A stretch of DNA of 64,000 bases, taken from NCBI GenBank assembly GCA_963693095.2, contig OY843768.1, forward strand, positions 1,536,001 through 1,600,000, read 5' to 3'. Every line of letters starts with the position of its first letter. Positions within the stretch are counted from its first letter, which is position 1. A program made the translations under genes and the position numbers. This stretch comes from Cenarchaeum sp. (GTDB taxonomy: Archaea > Thermoproteota > Nitrososphaeria > Nitrososphaerales > Nitrosopumilaceae). Shown here piece after piece: positions 1-8,794 of this stretch. Below the pieces are notes generated by a model, which searched no databases, had not been told where the DNA came from, and worked only from the letters and a program-made list of their open reading frames with translations.

Positions 1-656
1 TGCATCTCGGGTGCGGCGACGGGGCGGGCATCAGGATTGCGCTCGAGGAGTTTGACGTGGATGCGGCCATCGGCATAGAGATTGATTCCAAAAAGGCCGA
101 TGCGGCGCGCAAGTCACTAGAGTCTGTTCGCGGCAGGTTTGAGGTCATATGCGGTGACGCAGTGGGCGCAGACGTGTCGCGCGCCGACATTGTCCTCTTT
201 TGGTTTGCCGACGAGCGCGTCGTGGAGGGCCTGCGCGACACGCTCTCCTCGTTGCGCAAGGGCGCGCGCGTCGTGAGCGTGTGGGGCCCGCCGGCCGGAT
301 GCATGCCCGAGCGCGTCGACTTTCCCTTTGTCCTCAGCGTCGCGCCGTTCTGCGAGGCGCGCAGCGTGCGCGAGCAGCTCCTAGCGGTCCTCGGCGTGCG
401 GTGCGTCGACTTTGTCACGGCATGGGAGTACTCGGAGCGCTATACGCGCGCAATAGGGCCTGACGGCAACGAGGGCAACAGGTTTCTGACGATGATGCAG
501 GCAGTCACGATGTGGATAAACGCGAGGAACCTCGGCGTGTCATGCACCAAGGAGATGCCCGAGTCTATACGCACGTACATTGGCATACTGCGGACGTACT
601 TTGGCATAGAAGTCGAGCATCTCCTCGACGCCGACGCGGGCACTAGGGGCCAATGA
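1..656 (+). CDS. Class I SAM-dependent methyltransferase (5'-truncated by window)
   Basis: Frame is open from base 3 and reads HLGCGDGAGIRIAL..., a glycine-rich SAM motif I, then GIEID and GDA motifs. The true start lies upstream of the window. Confidence 0.8.
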   Translation, partial: HLGCGDGAGIRIALEEFDVDAAIGIEIDSKKADAARKSLESVRGRFEVICGDAVGADVSRADIVLFWFADERVVEGLRDTLSSLRKGARVVSVWGPPAGCMPERVDFPFVLSVAPFCEARSVREQLLAVLGVRCVDFVTAWEYSERYTRAIGPDGNEGNRFLTMMQAVTMWINARNLGVSCTKEMPESIRTYIGILRTYFGIEVEHLLDADAGTRGQ

Positions 657-1164
657 CGCGCTTCGAGTCCGCAGAGGGCACTATGCGCCGCTGCGCGCCG
701 GCAAACTCGGCGTCGAGCTCCTCGCCACGCTGCACGCGGTCAAGAAAGACTGCGAGTGCGGCAATCTCAGAGTGCGGCTGCGCGCCGACTGCGACGTTAT
801 AGTCAGCTGCGTCATAGACCTCGCGCGGAACCTTGCCTGCCCCGATGACCACTAGTATTGCCTCCTCGGAGGCGATCTCGGCCACGGCGTCATTGACGCG
901 CTGGCCGTACATTGTGAGGTGGACAACTCGCTCGCCGCGCGATGGCGCATCGGCGAGAACCTTGCGCCACGACGGGGTCGGCACGACCTCAAACTCTCCG
1001 CCCCACGTGCGCGCAACATCCTCTATCGTGCGAGGTATCGAGTCGTCAATGTCACTCATGTATATGCGCCCCGCGCCAAACGCGCGCGCGACTAGGGCCG
1101 CATGCGTCGTGACGCGGTCATCGCGCACGAGTCGCTCGCCGATTCGCAGCACGCTTATCTTCAC
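643..1164 (-). CDS. trm56: tRNA (cytidine(56)-2'-O)-methyltransferase aTrm56 (SPOUT)
   Basis: RDDRVTTH..LVARAFGA, VHLTMYG, GAGKVP and QPHSEIAALAVFLDR motifs of archaeal Trm56. Confidence 0.93.
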   Translation of the reverse strand: MKISVLRIGERLVRDDRVTTHAALVARAFGAGRIYMSDIDDSIPRTIEDVARTWGGEFEVVPTPSWRKVLADAPSRGERVVHLTMYGQRVNDAVAEIASEEAILVVIGAGKVPREVYDAADYNVAVGAQPHSEIAALAVFLDRVQRGEELDAEFAGAQRRIVPSADSKRVIGP

Positions 1165-2234
1165 GGCGCGCCACGCCCCATGACGTCACCGAGGAGTACG
1201 CCGAGCTTATCGAGCCCGTCACGCGAGAGTGCCGAGACGCGAACCGCCCTTGCGTCCTCGAGCCCGAGGGCCACTTCGAGATCGCCGAGCGTGTCATCAT
1301 CGACAAGGTCGGCCTTGTTTAGCGCGATAACCACGCGCGCCGGCTGCACGTCGAGCTCGCCGAGCGTGCGCCGACATGTCGAGAGCTTGGAGACGGCCAG
1401 GTCGATGGGATCGCTAGCGTCAACGACGAGTATGATCGCATCTGCATGCGTCATCTCCTCGAGCGTCGACCTGAACGCCTCGATCATGTACGTGGGCAGC
1501 TCGCTGATGAATCCAACCGTGTCAGAGACGAGGTGGGCCGAACCGTTGATCTCGGCGCGGCGAACCGTAGTTGAGAGTGTCGTGAACGGCTCATCGCCAC
1601 GCAGGCGATCCTCGCCGGTCAGCGCGTTAAAGAGCGTCGTCTTGCCGGCTGACGTGTATCCGGCAAGCGATATGGTGCGCAGGCCGAGGCGCTCGCGCGA
1701 CCTTCTGTGGAGCGCGCGTCGGCGTGCGGCGCCGCGCAGGCGGGCACGAACCGACTCCATCCTGTGGCGTATGTCATCATAGTACACGTCAACCCCAAAC
1801 TTGCCGATTCCCATGAATCCCGGCTGCTCGCCCATCCTCGCTAGGCGCACGCTCTCCCTTGCGCGCGACATCTCGTAGCGCATCTGCGCAAGCCTCACCT
1901 GCAGGCGAGACTCGTCACTTGACGCACGGAGGCCAAATATCTCTAGTATGAGCGCCTCGCGGTCAAGTATGCTCGCATGGAGGCGCGAGGCGAGGTTGTA
2001 GTTCTGGCTCGGCTTTAGGAGCTCGTCGAGCACGATGACATCGGGGCTCAGGCGGCCGGCGGCCTCCTCGAGGCGCTCGACTGTGCCCTCGCCTATCCCG
2101 TACTTGGCGCGGCGCGTCGGGCCGCGCTGTATCGTCGTGACCACGCGGTATCCGGCCGCCTCGCACAGGGAGACGGCCTCTTCTGCCCCATCACCGCGCG
2201 GGCGCGTGACTAGTATCGCAGACCTCTCGTCCAT
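1161..2234 (-). CDS. hflX: GTPase HflX
   Basis: GYTSAGKTTLFN (G1), FTTL (G2), DTVGFI (G3), NKAD (G4), and HflX N-terminal ILDREALILEIF. Start placed at MDERS. Confidence 0.93.
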   Translation of the reverse strand: MDERSAILVTRPRGDGAEEAVSLCEAAGYRVVTTIQRGPTRRAKYGIGEGTVERLEEAAGRLSPDVIVLDELLKPSQNYNLASRLHASILDREALILEIFGLRASSDESRLQVRLAQMRYEMSRARESVRLARMGEQPGFMGIGKFGVDVYYDDIRHRMESVRARLRGAARRRALHRRSRERLGLRTISLAGYTSAGKTTLFNALTGEDRLRGDEPFTTLSTTVRRAEINGSAHLVSDTVGFISELPTYMIEAFRSTLEEMTHADAIILVVDASDPIDLAVSKLSTCRRTLGELDVQPARVVIALNKADLVDDDTLGDLEVALGLEDARAVRVSALSRDGLDKLGVLLGDVMGRGAP

Positions 2235-2255
2235 CGTGCCGGCCCGCAGCCCCAC

Positions 2256-3302
2256 CTAGGCGCCCCCGCGCGAGGTGGCCTTTTCGATGTTCATGTTGAG
2301 AACCGTCTCGGCGATGTCGCCGGCGTACTCGGAGACGCGCCGGATGTCCTCGGCAACCCTCCTTGCGCGATAGCCCTCCTCGGTGCGCCCGCGCCGCGTC
2401 AGCTCGAGAACCTCCTTTTCGAGCTGCACGAGTCCGGTCGTGTCGACTGTCTGTTCGGCGAGCGCATAGTTGCCAGTAAAGAGTGCCGTGCACGCGTCAT
2501 CTAGCGCCGAGGAGGCATGCTCGGCCATCGCGCCAAGCTTGGACGAGAGTGTTGCGCCGATCGCCGACTTGAACTCTAGCGGGTCGCGCGCGATGGCCAC
2601 TGCGTGGTCACCAGACCGCTCGACGCACTTTACGACAAGTCGATAGTCGAGGCAGTTGGGCGCGTTGCCTATCCCGAGGTCTCCTAGAACGCCCTCATCA
2701 TCGACTGCGATCTTTAGCTGCCGTATTATGTAGAATCCAAAACGGTCGACCTCATCATCGGCGCTGATGACCTCGCGCGCAAGCGTCGCGTCATGGGACG
2801 CAACGGCGCTCACGGCGTCAGCTAGCATTGACTTTGAGAGGTGGAGCATGCGCTTGAACGCGCCATTGACCGAGAGCGCAACGGTGTTCACTAGTATCTG
2901 TATCGTGATCCCGTTGCGCGAGTCCGAGACGATCTCGGCGCCGACTAGCCTGCGCCGAACGGTGTCTTTTACGGCCGTGCGCTGTGAGGGTCCAAAGGCC
3001 GCCGTTCCGCGCACGACGTGTATTATCGCATATCCGCGCAGGTACAGCGAGATGACCTTGCGCACGATCGACGGCGGTGAGGAGCCCTTCTCGACGCTGA
3101 CGGTGACCTCTGATGCGCCGGCTCCGGCCGAGCCGACGGCCCGCTCGTGGGGAAGTGAGACGCGCATCGATGATGCCCCCTGTTTTGTGATGACTACCTG
3201 ATCACCGCTCCTTATGCCCATCTCCTCGGCCCACTGCTTTGGAAGCGAGACGATATACGACGAGTTTCCCGTAAATTGGATCTTGCGCGTCTCGCCCTTC
3301 AT
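2256..3302 (-). CDS. Phosphate uptake regulator, AbrB/MazE DNA-binding + PhoU domains
   Basis: RKIQFTGNSSYIVSLPKQW AbrB-like N-terminus, with DDEVDR and ERSGDHA PhoU motifs. Start trimmed to MKGETRK, which has a TATA-like element upstream. Confidence 0.88.
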   Translation of the reverse strand: MKGETRKIQFTGNSSYIVSLPKQWAEEMGIRSGDQVVITKQGASSMRVSLPHERAVGSAGAGASEVTVSVEKGSSPPSIVRKVISLYLRGYAIIHVVRGTAAFGPSQRTAVKDTVRRRLVGAEIVSDSRNGITIQILVNTVALSVNGAFKRMLHLSKSMLADAVSAVASHDATLAREVISADDEVDRFGFYIIRQLKIAVDDEGVLGDLGIGNAPNCLDYRLVVKCVERSGDHAVAIARDPLEFKSAIGATLSSKLGAMAEHASSALDDACTALFTGNYALAEQTVDTTGLVQLEKEVLELTRRGRTEEGYRARRVAEDIRRVSEYAGDIAETVLNMNIEKATSRGGA

Positions 3303-3420
3303 CAGGTATATAGGCCGACGGCACTCTATATAGAGTTTCGAGGGACGCTCAGGGCCTGGCGCGGCTGCGCGCAGGCGATGCTTAATAGCCGAACCGACCC
3401 GTCTTGCGGCCGTTGGCGGT

Positions 3421-4344
3421 GTGCTTTGCGGCAGTGTCATGGGGCGAGGGCGCGTGCGCCACCTAGGCCTCTCGCGCAGAAAGGGCGTGCGCGCACGAAC
3501 GGTCAGGATTCGCGCCACGGGGGAGACTGCCGAGAGCGTGGCGTACACGGGCGATGCGGCGAACCTGCTTGCCATGATCCCCGACAGGTCCATCAAGCTC
3601 ATAGTCACGTCGCCGCCGTACAACCTCGGAAAGGCCTATGAGAAGAGGGGCAGCATCGAGGACTATATCGCAGGCCAAGAGTCGATGATAGCTGCGTGCG
3701 CCAAAAAGCTTCGGCCGAGCGGATCCATCTGCTGGCAGACGGGAAACTATGTCAAGAACGGGCAGATAGAGCCGCTTGACATACTCCTCTATCCGATCTT
3801 TAGGCGGCTTGGGCTGAGTCTGCGAAACCGCATAGTCTGGCACTTTGGCCATGGCCTCCACTGCTCAAAGCGCCTCTCTGGCCGATACGAGACGATACTC
3901 TGGTTCACAAAGACTGACAGGTACACGTTCAGCCTGGATCCCATTCGCGTGCCGGCCAAATACCCCGGCAAAAAGTACGTTCACGGAAGCCGCAGGGGCG
4001 AGCTCTCATGCAACCCGCTGGGCAAGAACCCCACTGATGTCTGGGAGATTCCAAACGTAAAGCACAACCACTGCGAAAAGACGGCCCATCCGGCACAGTT
4101 TCCCGTCGAGCTCGTCGAGCGCCTCGTTCTGTCAATGACGAGGAGGGGCGACTATGTCCTCGATCCCTATATGGGATCAGGCTCCACTGCAGTGGCTGCG
4201 CTAAAGCACGGGAGGAGCTGCGTGGGCGCCGAGATGAGCGCCGAGTATTCTGCCATATGGCAGGAGAGAATTAGGCTCTTGGAGCGCGGCGAGCTTGCGA
4301 CGAGGCCAATGGGCCGACCCATATACGGAACCGTCGCGCAGTGA
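3421..4344 (+). CDS. Orphan beta-class N4-cytosine DNA methyltransferase (M.BglII/M.BstYI-like)
   Basis: TSPPYN catalytic motif precedes the DPYMGSGST SAM motif. The WHFGHGLH..KR.SGRYETILWFTK and HPAQFP segments resemble the BglII-family MTases. Exact start uncertain. Confidence 0.85.
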   Translation: MLCGSVMGRGRVRHLGLSRRKGVRARTVRIRATGETAESVAYTGDAANLLAMIPDRSIKLIVTSPPYNLGKAYEKRGSIEDYIAGQESMIAACAKKLRPSGSICWQTGNYVKNGQIEPLDILLYPIFRRLGLSLRNRIVWHFGHGLHCSKRLSGRYETILWFTKTDRYTFSLDPIRVPAKYPGKKYVHGSRRGELSCNPLGKNPTDVWEIPNVKHNHCEKTAHPAQFPVELVERLVLSMTRRGDYVLDPYMGSGSTAVAALKHGRSCVGAEMSAEYSAIWQERIRLLERGELATRPMGRPIYGTVAQ

Positions 4345-4353
4345 GCCGACTCG

Positions 4354-5316
4354 TCACGACAAGAGATGGCGCCATCCCGAGTTGCGGATCGTAATGTTTC
4401 CCGAGTGGCCTGTCGCACGCACTCCGTGCCCGCGCGTGATGCGGCCTATCTCCAGGAGGTCGATGCCCAGGCTCGCAGCACGTCGGCGCAGGGCCGCGCG
4501 CGATGACTGCCGGCACGTAAAGACCGTCTCGTACTCTTCGCCGCCATAGAGCACGAGATCCATTGCGTCAAGGCCGTTTAGCGCCGCAAACTCGCCCACG
4601 CCGGCGCCGACGGGCAGCGTGTCGATCTCGAGTCCAACGCGACCCTGCGAGGCGATCTCCCAGAGCGTCGCTGCAAGTCCGTCACTAGAGTCCATCGAGG
4701 ACGTGAACGCCGGCGCGCTCTTTACGCAGAACTCTAGCGGCGGTGTCGGGCGCACAAGGGCTCGGCGCGCCCTGGCCATAAAGCGCGCAGGGCCGACGAG
4801 GCGCCGACGCGACATCGCCACGGCAAGGCCGGCTGCGGCATGGCCAAAGGGGCCTGTGACCATGACTGCATCACCGGCGCGCGCGCCGGCCCTGCGCGGG
4901 GGGCGCGCCGGCGCATCACCTAGCATGCACACCGTGATCGACTCGTCGGCTCCCTCGTTCGTGTCTCCCCCGATGACCGAGACGCCAAACTCGGCGGCCG
5001 CTGCGGCCAGGCCTGAGGCGAGCTGCCTCACGCGGGCGCGCGGCGTGGCCTGCCGCAGCGTGACTGAGGCCAGGGCCAGGCGCGGCCGTGCCCCCTTTGC
5101 CGCAAAGTCGCTCACGCACGAGACGACTGACTTTCTTGCCGCCTCACGTGCCGTCATGCCCCGCGGCACGTCCGTGCTAGCAACTAGCGTGTCGACCTTT
5201 GCCACCAGGCGCGCACCGCCCAGGCGCAAGAGCTCGACGTCATCGCCGTCGCTTCCCAGCGCCAGCGCGCGCCTAAACTCGGCGATGACGCCGGCCTCAT
5301 CAAGAGTTCTGCGCAT
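4354..5316 (-). CDS. thiL: Thiamine-monophosphate kinase
   Basis: GDD, KVDTL, SDFAAKGA, GGDTN, DSSDGL and GGEEYE motifs. Start trimmed to MRRTLDE. Confidence 0.92.
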   Translation of the reverse strand: MRRTLDEAGVIAEFRRALALGSDGDDVELLRLGGARLVAKVDTLVASTDVPRGMTAREAARKSVVSCVSDFAAKGARPRLALASVTLRQATPRARVRQLASGLAAAAAEFGVSVIGGDTNEGADESITVCMLGDAPARPPRRAGARAGDAVMVTGPFGHAAAGLAVAMSRRRLVGPARFMARARRALVRPTPPLEFCVKSAPAFTSSMDSSDGLAATLWEIASQGRVGLEIDTLPVGAGVGEFAALNGLDAMDLVLYGGEEYETVFTCRQSSRAALRRRAASLGIDLLEIGRITRGHGVRATGHSGNITIRNSGWRHLLS

Positions 5317-6577
5317 GCCTCTCCACGGCCTCGCTTGCGACACGTGCGATCCTGCGCGCACGTTCGGCGTCATCAGACTCGACAGAGACGCGCACGGCAT
5401 CCTCGGTGTTTGACCCGCGAACCAGCATCCACGTCGACTCGCCATCAGTTCCCCTAAAGCCGCCAAGGCCCCCGGTCTCGGAGAACTCGCCGCGCATCTC
5501 CTCTCCCACGGCCGCAACGATACGCGCGTGATCTGGTGCGCGCGCACGAACCTTTTGCCTTATGCGATGGAGTTTCGAGACTCCGGCGATCGCCGCATCG
5601 AGCGTGCCGTCAGCTGACATTGATGCGACTATTGCGCCGGCGATCATCCCGTCACGGCACATGTTGAACTCGGAAATGACGAGTCCGGCACTGCTGCCCT
5701 CGCCTCCGGCATTGCACGAGGACGACTCGATCACGTCAACGACGTTGGCCTCGCCGACCATTGCGGGATACACCCGCCCGCCCGCATCGCGCACCATTGC
5801 GCCAACTGCGCCGCTGGTGTCCTCGCTTATCGCAAAGTTGCGCATTCCGCGCGCAAGCGACCAGGCGACCCCTGCGGCGAGCGTCGCGTCTGGTGGGCAT
5901 ATTGCGCCATTGCGCGCAATGACTGCGCGATCCCCGTCAAGGTCAAGGGCGACTCCCACGTCGCACTCTTTGCTAGCGTCTGCAAGCGCTTCCAGGCGCG
6001 CAGACGTGGGATCCGGCCCGCCGCCAGAGACAACGTCGATGACCGTGCATCCAACGCCCTCAAGAATTCTGCGCGCAGGTGCGGCTGCCGCACCGCCGGC
6101 AGCATCGAGTGCGACGCTCGTGCCGTCGGCCACCCTGCCAAGGAGGCCGATCGCCGCATTGGCGTATGACGACTCGAGGTCAGCCTCGGTTCCCACGCGG
6201 CCGTGGCTCCTGCCGGCTCGGCCCGAACTGCCCAGGCTCGAGGCGTCGATGCCCCTCCCGCGCAGCGCAAACTTTAGTCCGTTCCAGTCTGGCCCGTTGT
6301 GCGATGCCGTGACGGCAACTCCGGCGCCGGCGCTGCTCGACTCGTAGAATATTAGCGGTGTTGGCGCAACGCCGAGGCAGAGCACGTCGAGGCCAGAGGC
6401 CCTCAGAGCCGCAGATGCAGCATGCGTCAGCATTGGGCCGGACTCGCGCGTGTCCATGCCCAGAGCGCACGACGCGCCGGCGGCCATTGCGCCAAATGAC
6501 TCGCACAGGGCGGCGACCTCGCCGGGACCCATTCCGTCACCAACGATGCCCCTTGCGCCGGACACGCCCACCCTCAT
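5300..6577 (-). CDS. Phosphomannomutase/phosphoglucosamine mutase family
   Basis: TASHNG phosphoserine loop, DLDGDR metal loop, GGEGSS, VRGSNTE. Confidence 0.9.
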   Translation of the reverse strand: MRVGVSGARGIVGDGMGPGEVAALCESFGAMAAGASCALGMDTRESGPMLTHAASAALRASGLDVLCLGVAPTPLIFYESSSAGAGVAVTASHNGPDWNGLKFALRGRGIDASSLGSSGRAGRSHGRVGTEADLESSYANAAIGLLGRVADGTSVALDAAGGAAAAPARRILEGVGCTVIDVVSGGGPDPTSARLEALADASKECDVGVALDLDGDRAVIARNGAICPPDATLAAGVAWSLARGMRNFAISEDTSGAVGAMVRDAGGRVYPAMVGEANVVDVIESSSCNAGGEGSSAGLVISEFNMCRDGMIAGAIVASMSADGTLDAAIAGVSKLHRIRQKVRARAPDHARIVAAVGEEMRGEFSETGGLGGFRGTDGESTWMLVRGSNTEDAVRVSVESDDAERARRIARVASEAVERHAQNS

Positions 6578-6596
6578 GCGTGCATGGCCTCAAAGG

Positions 6597-6607
6597 CTTT
6601 TTATTAA
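6597..6607 (+). promoter_or_regulatory. TATA box of tRNA-Thr (probably shared with the divergent PMM gene)
   Basis: CTTTTTATTAA about 25 nt upstream of the tRNA 5' end, in a GC-rich context. Confidence 0.6.
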
Positions 6608-6629
6608 CTCTGGTCAGGCGCTTGCGCAC

Positions 6630-6703
6630 GCCTCGGTAGCTCAGTCTGGTAGAGCGAGCGCTTCGTAAGCGCTAGGTCGTGGGTTCAGATCCCATTCGAG
6701 GCT
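6630..6703 (+). tRNA. tRNA-Thr(CGT)
   Basis: Acceptor GCCTCGG/TCGAGGC, D-arm GCTC..GAGC, anticodon arm AGCGC-TT CGT AA-GCGCT, T-arm GTGGG-TTCAGAT-CCCAT. No intron. Confidence 0.95.
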
Positions 6704-6709
6704 TTAAAA

Positions 6710-6793
6710 TCAATTTCTGGCTCTGTAGTCCTCGATGTCGACCTCGAGCTCTTTGCCGAGATCCTTCCACCATTGTGCTGCCGTCTCGCCCAT
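6710..6793 (-). CDS. Putative 27-aa microprotein (MGETAAQWWKDLGKELEVDIEDYRARN)
   Basis: Hand-translated. TATAAA lies ~27 nt upstream of the ATG on the minus strand (6820-6825). Below the ORF-track cutoff. Confidence 0.45.
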   Translation of the reverse strand: MGETAAQWWKDLGKELEVDIEDYRARN

Positions 6794-6909
6794 CCTGACA
6801 CCGGCACGCAGGCGGGGCCTTTATAGATCTATCGGTGTGCGCGGATTAGGGCCATGGTGGATCGTGGATCCACCCAGTTTTGGCCATGTTTGGCTTTATT
6901 GCCCTGCGA

Positions 6910-7089
6910 TCACGTAGTCTTTGGCGTTCGCCGGGTCCACTTGCGGTACATGATGATTCCCAGTGCCCCTAGCGCGCATGACCAAAAGACCGGCCAGCCG
7001 GCCGGATCCCGCTGCGCAATCAGGCCCAAATACGCGTATACTGTGCCTGCGATCAGCCCAAAGCCGAGGAGCTCGAGTGCCTTGCCCAT
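6910..7089 (-). CDS. Small 2-TM membrane protein (59 aa)
   Basis: Hand-translated MGKALELLGFGLIAGTVYAYLGLIAQRDPAGWPVFWSCALGALGIIMYRKWTRRTPKTT: two hydrophobic helices and a basic tail. AT-rich divergent promoter at ~7102-7123. Confidence 0.65.
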   Translation of the reverse strand: MGKALELLGFGLIAGTVYAYLGLIAQRDPAGWPVFWSCALGALGIIMYRKWTRRTPKTT

Positions 7090-7144
7090 GGGGCTCGGGC
7101 CAAATCAAAAAGATATATTGTTTTGGTGCTGCCGCGTGCGCTGT

Positions 7145-7330
7145 ATGGATCGCTACCACATGATAGTCCTCATATTCATGGCCGGCGGGATGGGCATAGC
7201 GACGTACAGCGCAAATTGGGTCATGTTCTGGGTCATGGTCGCCGGTGCGGTGGGCATTATCCTCTATAGCTCGTACTCGGAGGGTCGCGAGAGGCGGGCC
7301 GAGCGCAGGCGCAAGCGGCGTGGCCTATAG
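7145..7330 (+). CDS. Small 2-TM membrane protein (61 aa)
   Basis: MDRYHMIVLIFMAGG...GAVGIILYSSYSEGRERRAERRRKRRGL: two TM helices and an Arg-rich tail. ATG is ~25-30 nt after the AT-rich box. Confidence 0.7.
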   Translation: MDRYHMIVLIFMAGGMGIATYSANWVMFWVMVAGAVGIILYSSYSEGRERRAERRRKRRGL

Positions 7331-7603
7331 CTCGAGGCCGAATGACTCGGCCATCGAGTGGAACTCGCGATAGAGCTCTAGGTACTGTATGCCCTTTGGC
7401 GTGATCGCAAACGCATGTCGCCCGTCGCTCTCTATCCGGGCCATGAGGCCGGCGCCGGTGAGGTTGGTCGTCAGCCTTCGGAGTCGCGAGTGCGTAATGT
7501 TGGTCTTTTTGAGGAGAAGCGTTGGGGTGATTCCCTCCATGCCGGACTCTTTGGTCGCGTCGAGCATCGCCGCGACGATCTGCGAACTGTTACGATAGGT
7601 CAT
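7325..7603 (-). CDS. Small winged-helix DNA-binding protein
   Basis: MTYRNSSQIVAAMLD...ITPKGIQYLELY matches the archaeal small wHTH regulator pattern. TATA-like TTATAT upstream. Confidence 0.85.
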   Translation of the reverse strand: MTYRNSSQIVAAMLDATKESGMEGITPTLLLKKTNITHSRLRRLTTNLTGAGLMARIESDGRHAFAITPKGIQYLELYREFHSMAESFGLEL

Positions 7604-7657
7604 TGCCAAGCAGGAGGCATGGTACAATATAACGTTATGTGGGGTTTTGCGGCATGG

Positions 7658-7773
7658 CCTGCGATCATTTTGGCCTTGTGGGGAAGATCCATGACCGCCG
7701 GCACGGGGAGGGCAGGTCGGCGAGTCCCTGCGATCACCGGACATCTCGCAGAGGTCCCTGCGATCATTTTGGC
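7658..7773. repeat. Three direct repeats of CCTGCGATCA (two extended to 17 bp)
   Basis: CCTGCGATCATTTTGGC at 7658-7674 and 7757-7773. GTCCCTGCGATCA at 7724-7736 and 7754-7766. Confidence 0.75.
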
Positions 7774-7977
7774 TGCGCTCATGGTCGAGCCCCAGGGATC
7801 TAGTGCGGGCGCGGGCGGGGCATGAGTGCGCCCCTGACGGCGCGGCCGGCGCGGGCACGCACCCCACCACAGGCGAGGCACGCAGGCCATCACCACCGTT
7901 CGATCCTGCAAAAGTCGGCGAACCCACTCGCGCACGCGTTTGCGTGTTAATATATGGAATGTCTGCGCAAGGCGGCC

Positions 7978-8550
7978 ATGGTCGCAGAGCGAATCCCATG
8001 GACGAGCGACTTTGTCGGCGTCGCGTACCGCTATTATGACCTGCGCATGAACGTCGCGCCGCTCTTTGAGAACCGCAAGGAGGCCGTCGCCGCATGGCAT
8101 GACACGATACGTTGGTGGATTGATCCGACCATACGCGTCAGGTTCATCGAGGCCGGCGACGTCTATTGGTTTGCCATGGGCGCAGACTCGAAAAAGCCAG
8201 AGCAGAACGCGTCGTTCTTTAGGACGATGCCAATGTCAGAGAACTATGAGAGGTTCAAGCGCGGCTGCGGTGGCGAGGCGTATGTGCGTCTCGGAATGTA
8301 CGAAAAAAAGTCGCTCTCTGAGTCAAAGGACGACGACGTCTGCGAGTGCGGCCACGAGGGCGAGGATCACGAGGGCGACGAGTGTCTCATGGACGACTGC
8401 AAGTGCGAGTCCTTTGAGACCGTGCGAGTCACGCTATTGCACAAGAAAAAGACCGTCGGCGATATCGCGTTCCTTGACGTGGAGGCCGCACGCGAGGACT
8501 CGCTTGCGTGGAACTGTATGTGCGCGCACCGCCTCGGCGGCGCGTCATGA
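7978..8550 (+). CDS. Hypothetical protein with Cys/His metal-binding insert
   Basis: Codon-typical ORF with a CECGH..DH...C..DDCKC cluster. TTAATATA ~25 nt before the ATG. Confidence 0.75.
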   Translation: MVAERIPWTSDFVGVAYRYYDLRMNVAPLFENRKEAVAAWHDTIRWWIDPTIRVRFIEAGDVYWFAMGADSKKPEQNASFFRTMPMSENYERFKRGCGGEAYVRLGMYEKKSLSESKDDDVCECGHEGEDHEGDECLMDDCKCESFETVRVTLLHKKKTVGDIAFLDVEAAREDSLAWNCMCAHRLGGAS

Positions 8551-8700
8551 GATGCGCGTGTGCTCGCCCTCATAGTGCTCGCCGATAAGGTACGAATAGC
8601 ACGCGCCGCACAGCGGGCTGCTGAGGTTCCATGACTCCATTGGGGCATAGCGCGGGCTTGCCGGTTTTGAGCACCGTGTGCACTTTTCTTTTCGAGCCAA
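8545..8700 (-). CDS. Small zinc-finger protein (51 aa, TTG start)
   Basis: Hand-translated MARKEKCTRCSKPASPRYAPMESWNLSSPLCGACYSYLIGEHYEGEHTRIS with two CxxC. TTTTTATA ~26 nt upstream. Absent from the ORF track. Confidence 0.75.
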   Translation of the reverse strand: MARKEKCTRCSKPASPRYAPMESWNLSSPLCGACYSYLIGEHYEGEHTRIS

Positions 8701-8794
8701 GCGTCAGGACGTGCGCGCGCATCGGTATAAAAACGCTGACAGGTGTCCGCACGGCAGCAGAGGGATAAATATGCGGGCAAGGCGGGGCGACCCC

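Noticed and set aside
6630-6703. tRNA-Thr or tRNA-Arg as integration (att) sites
   Set aside because: I saw no duplicated tRNA 3' end and no integrase in the window
7600-8100. Long minus-strand ORFs upstream of the wHTH gene
   Set aside because: Low-complexity Pro/Arg/Ala translations across promoter and repeat DNA, overlapping a better-supported plus-strand gene
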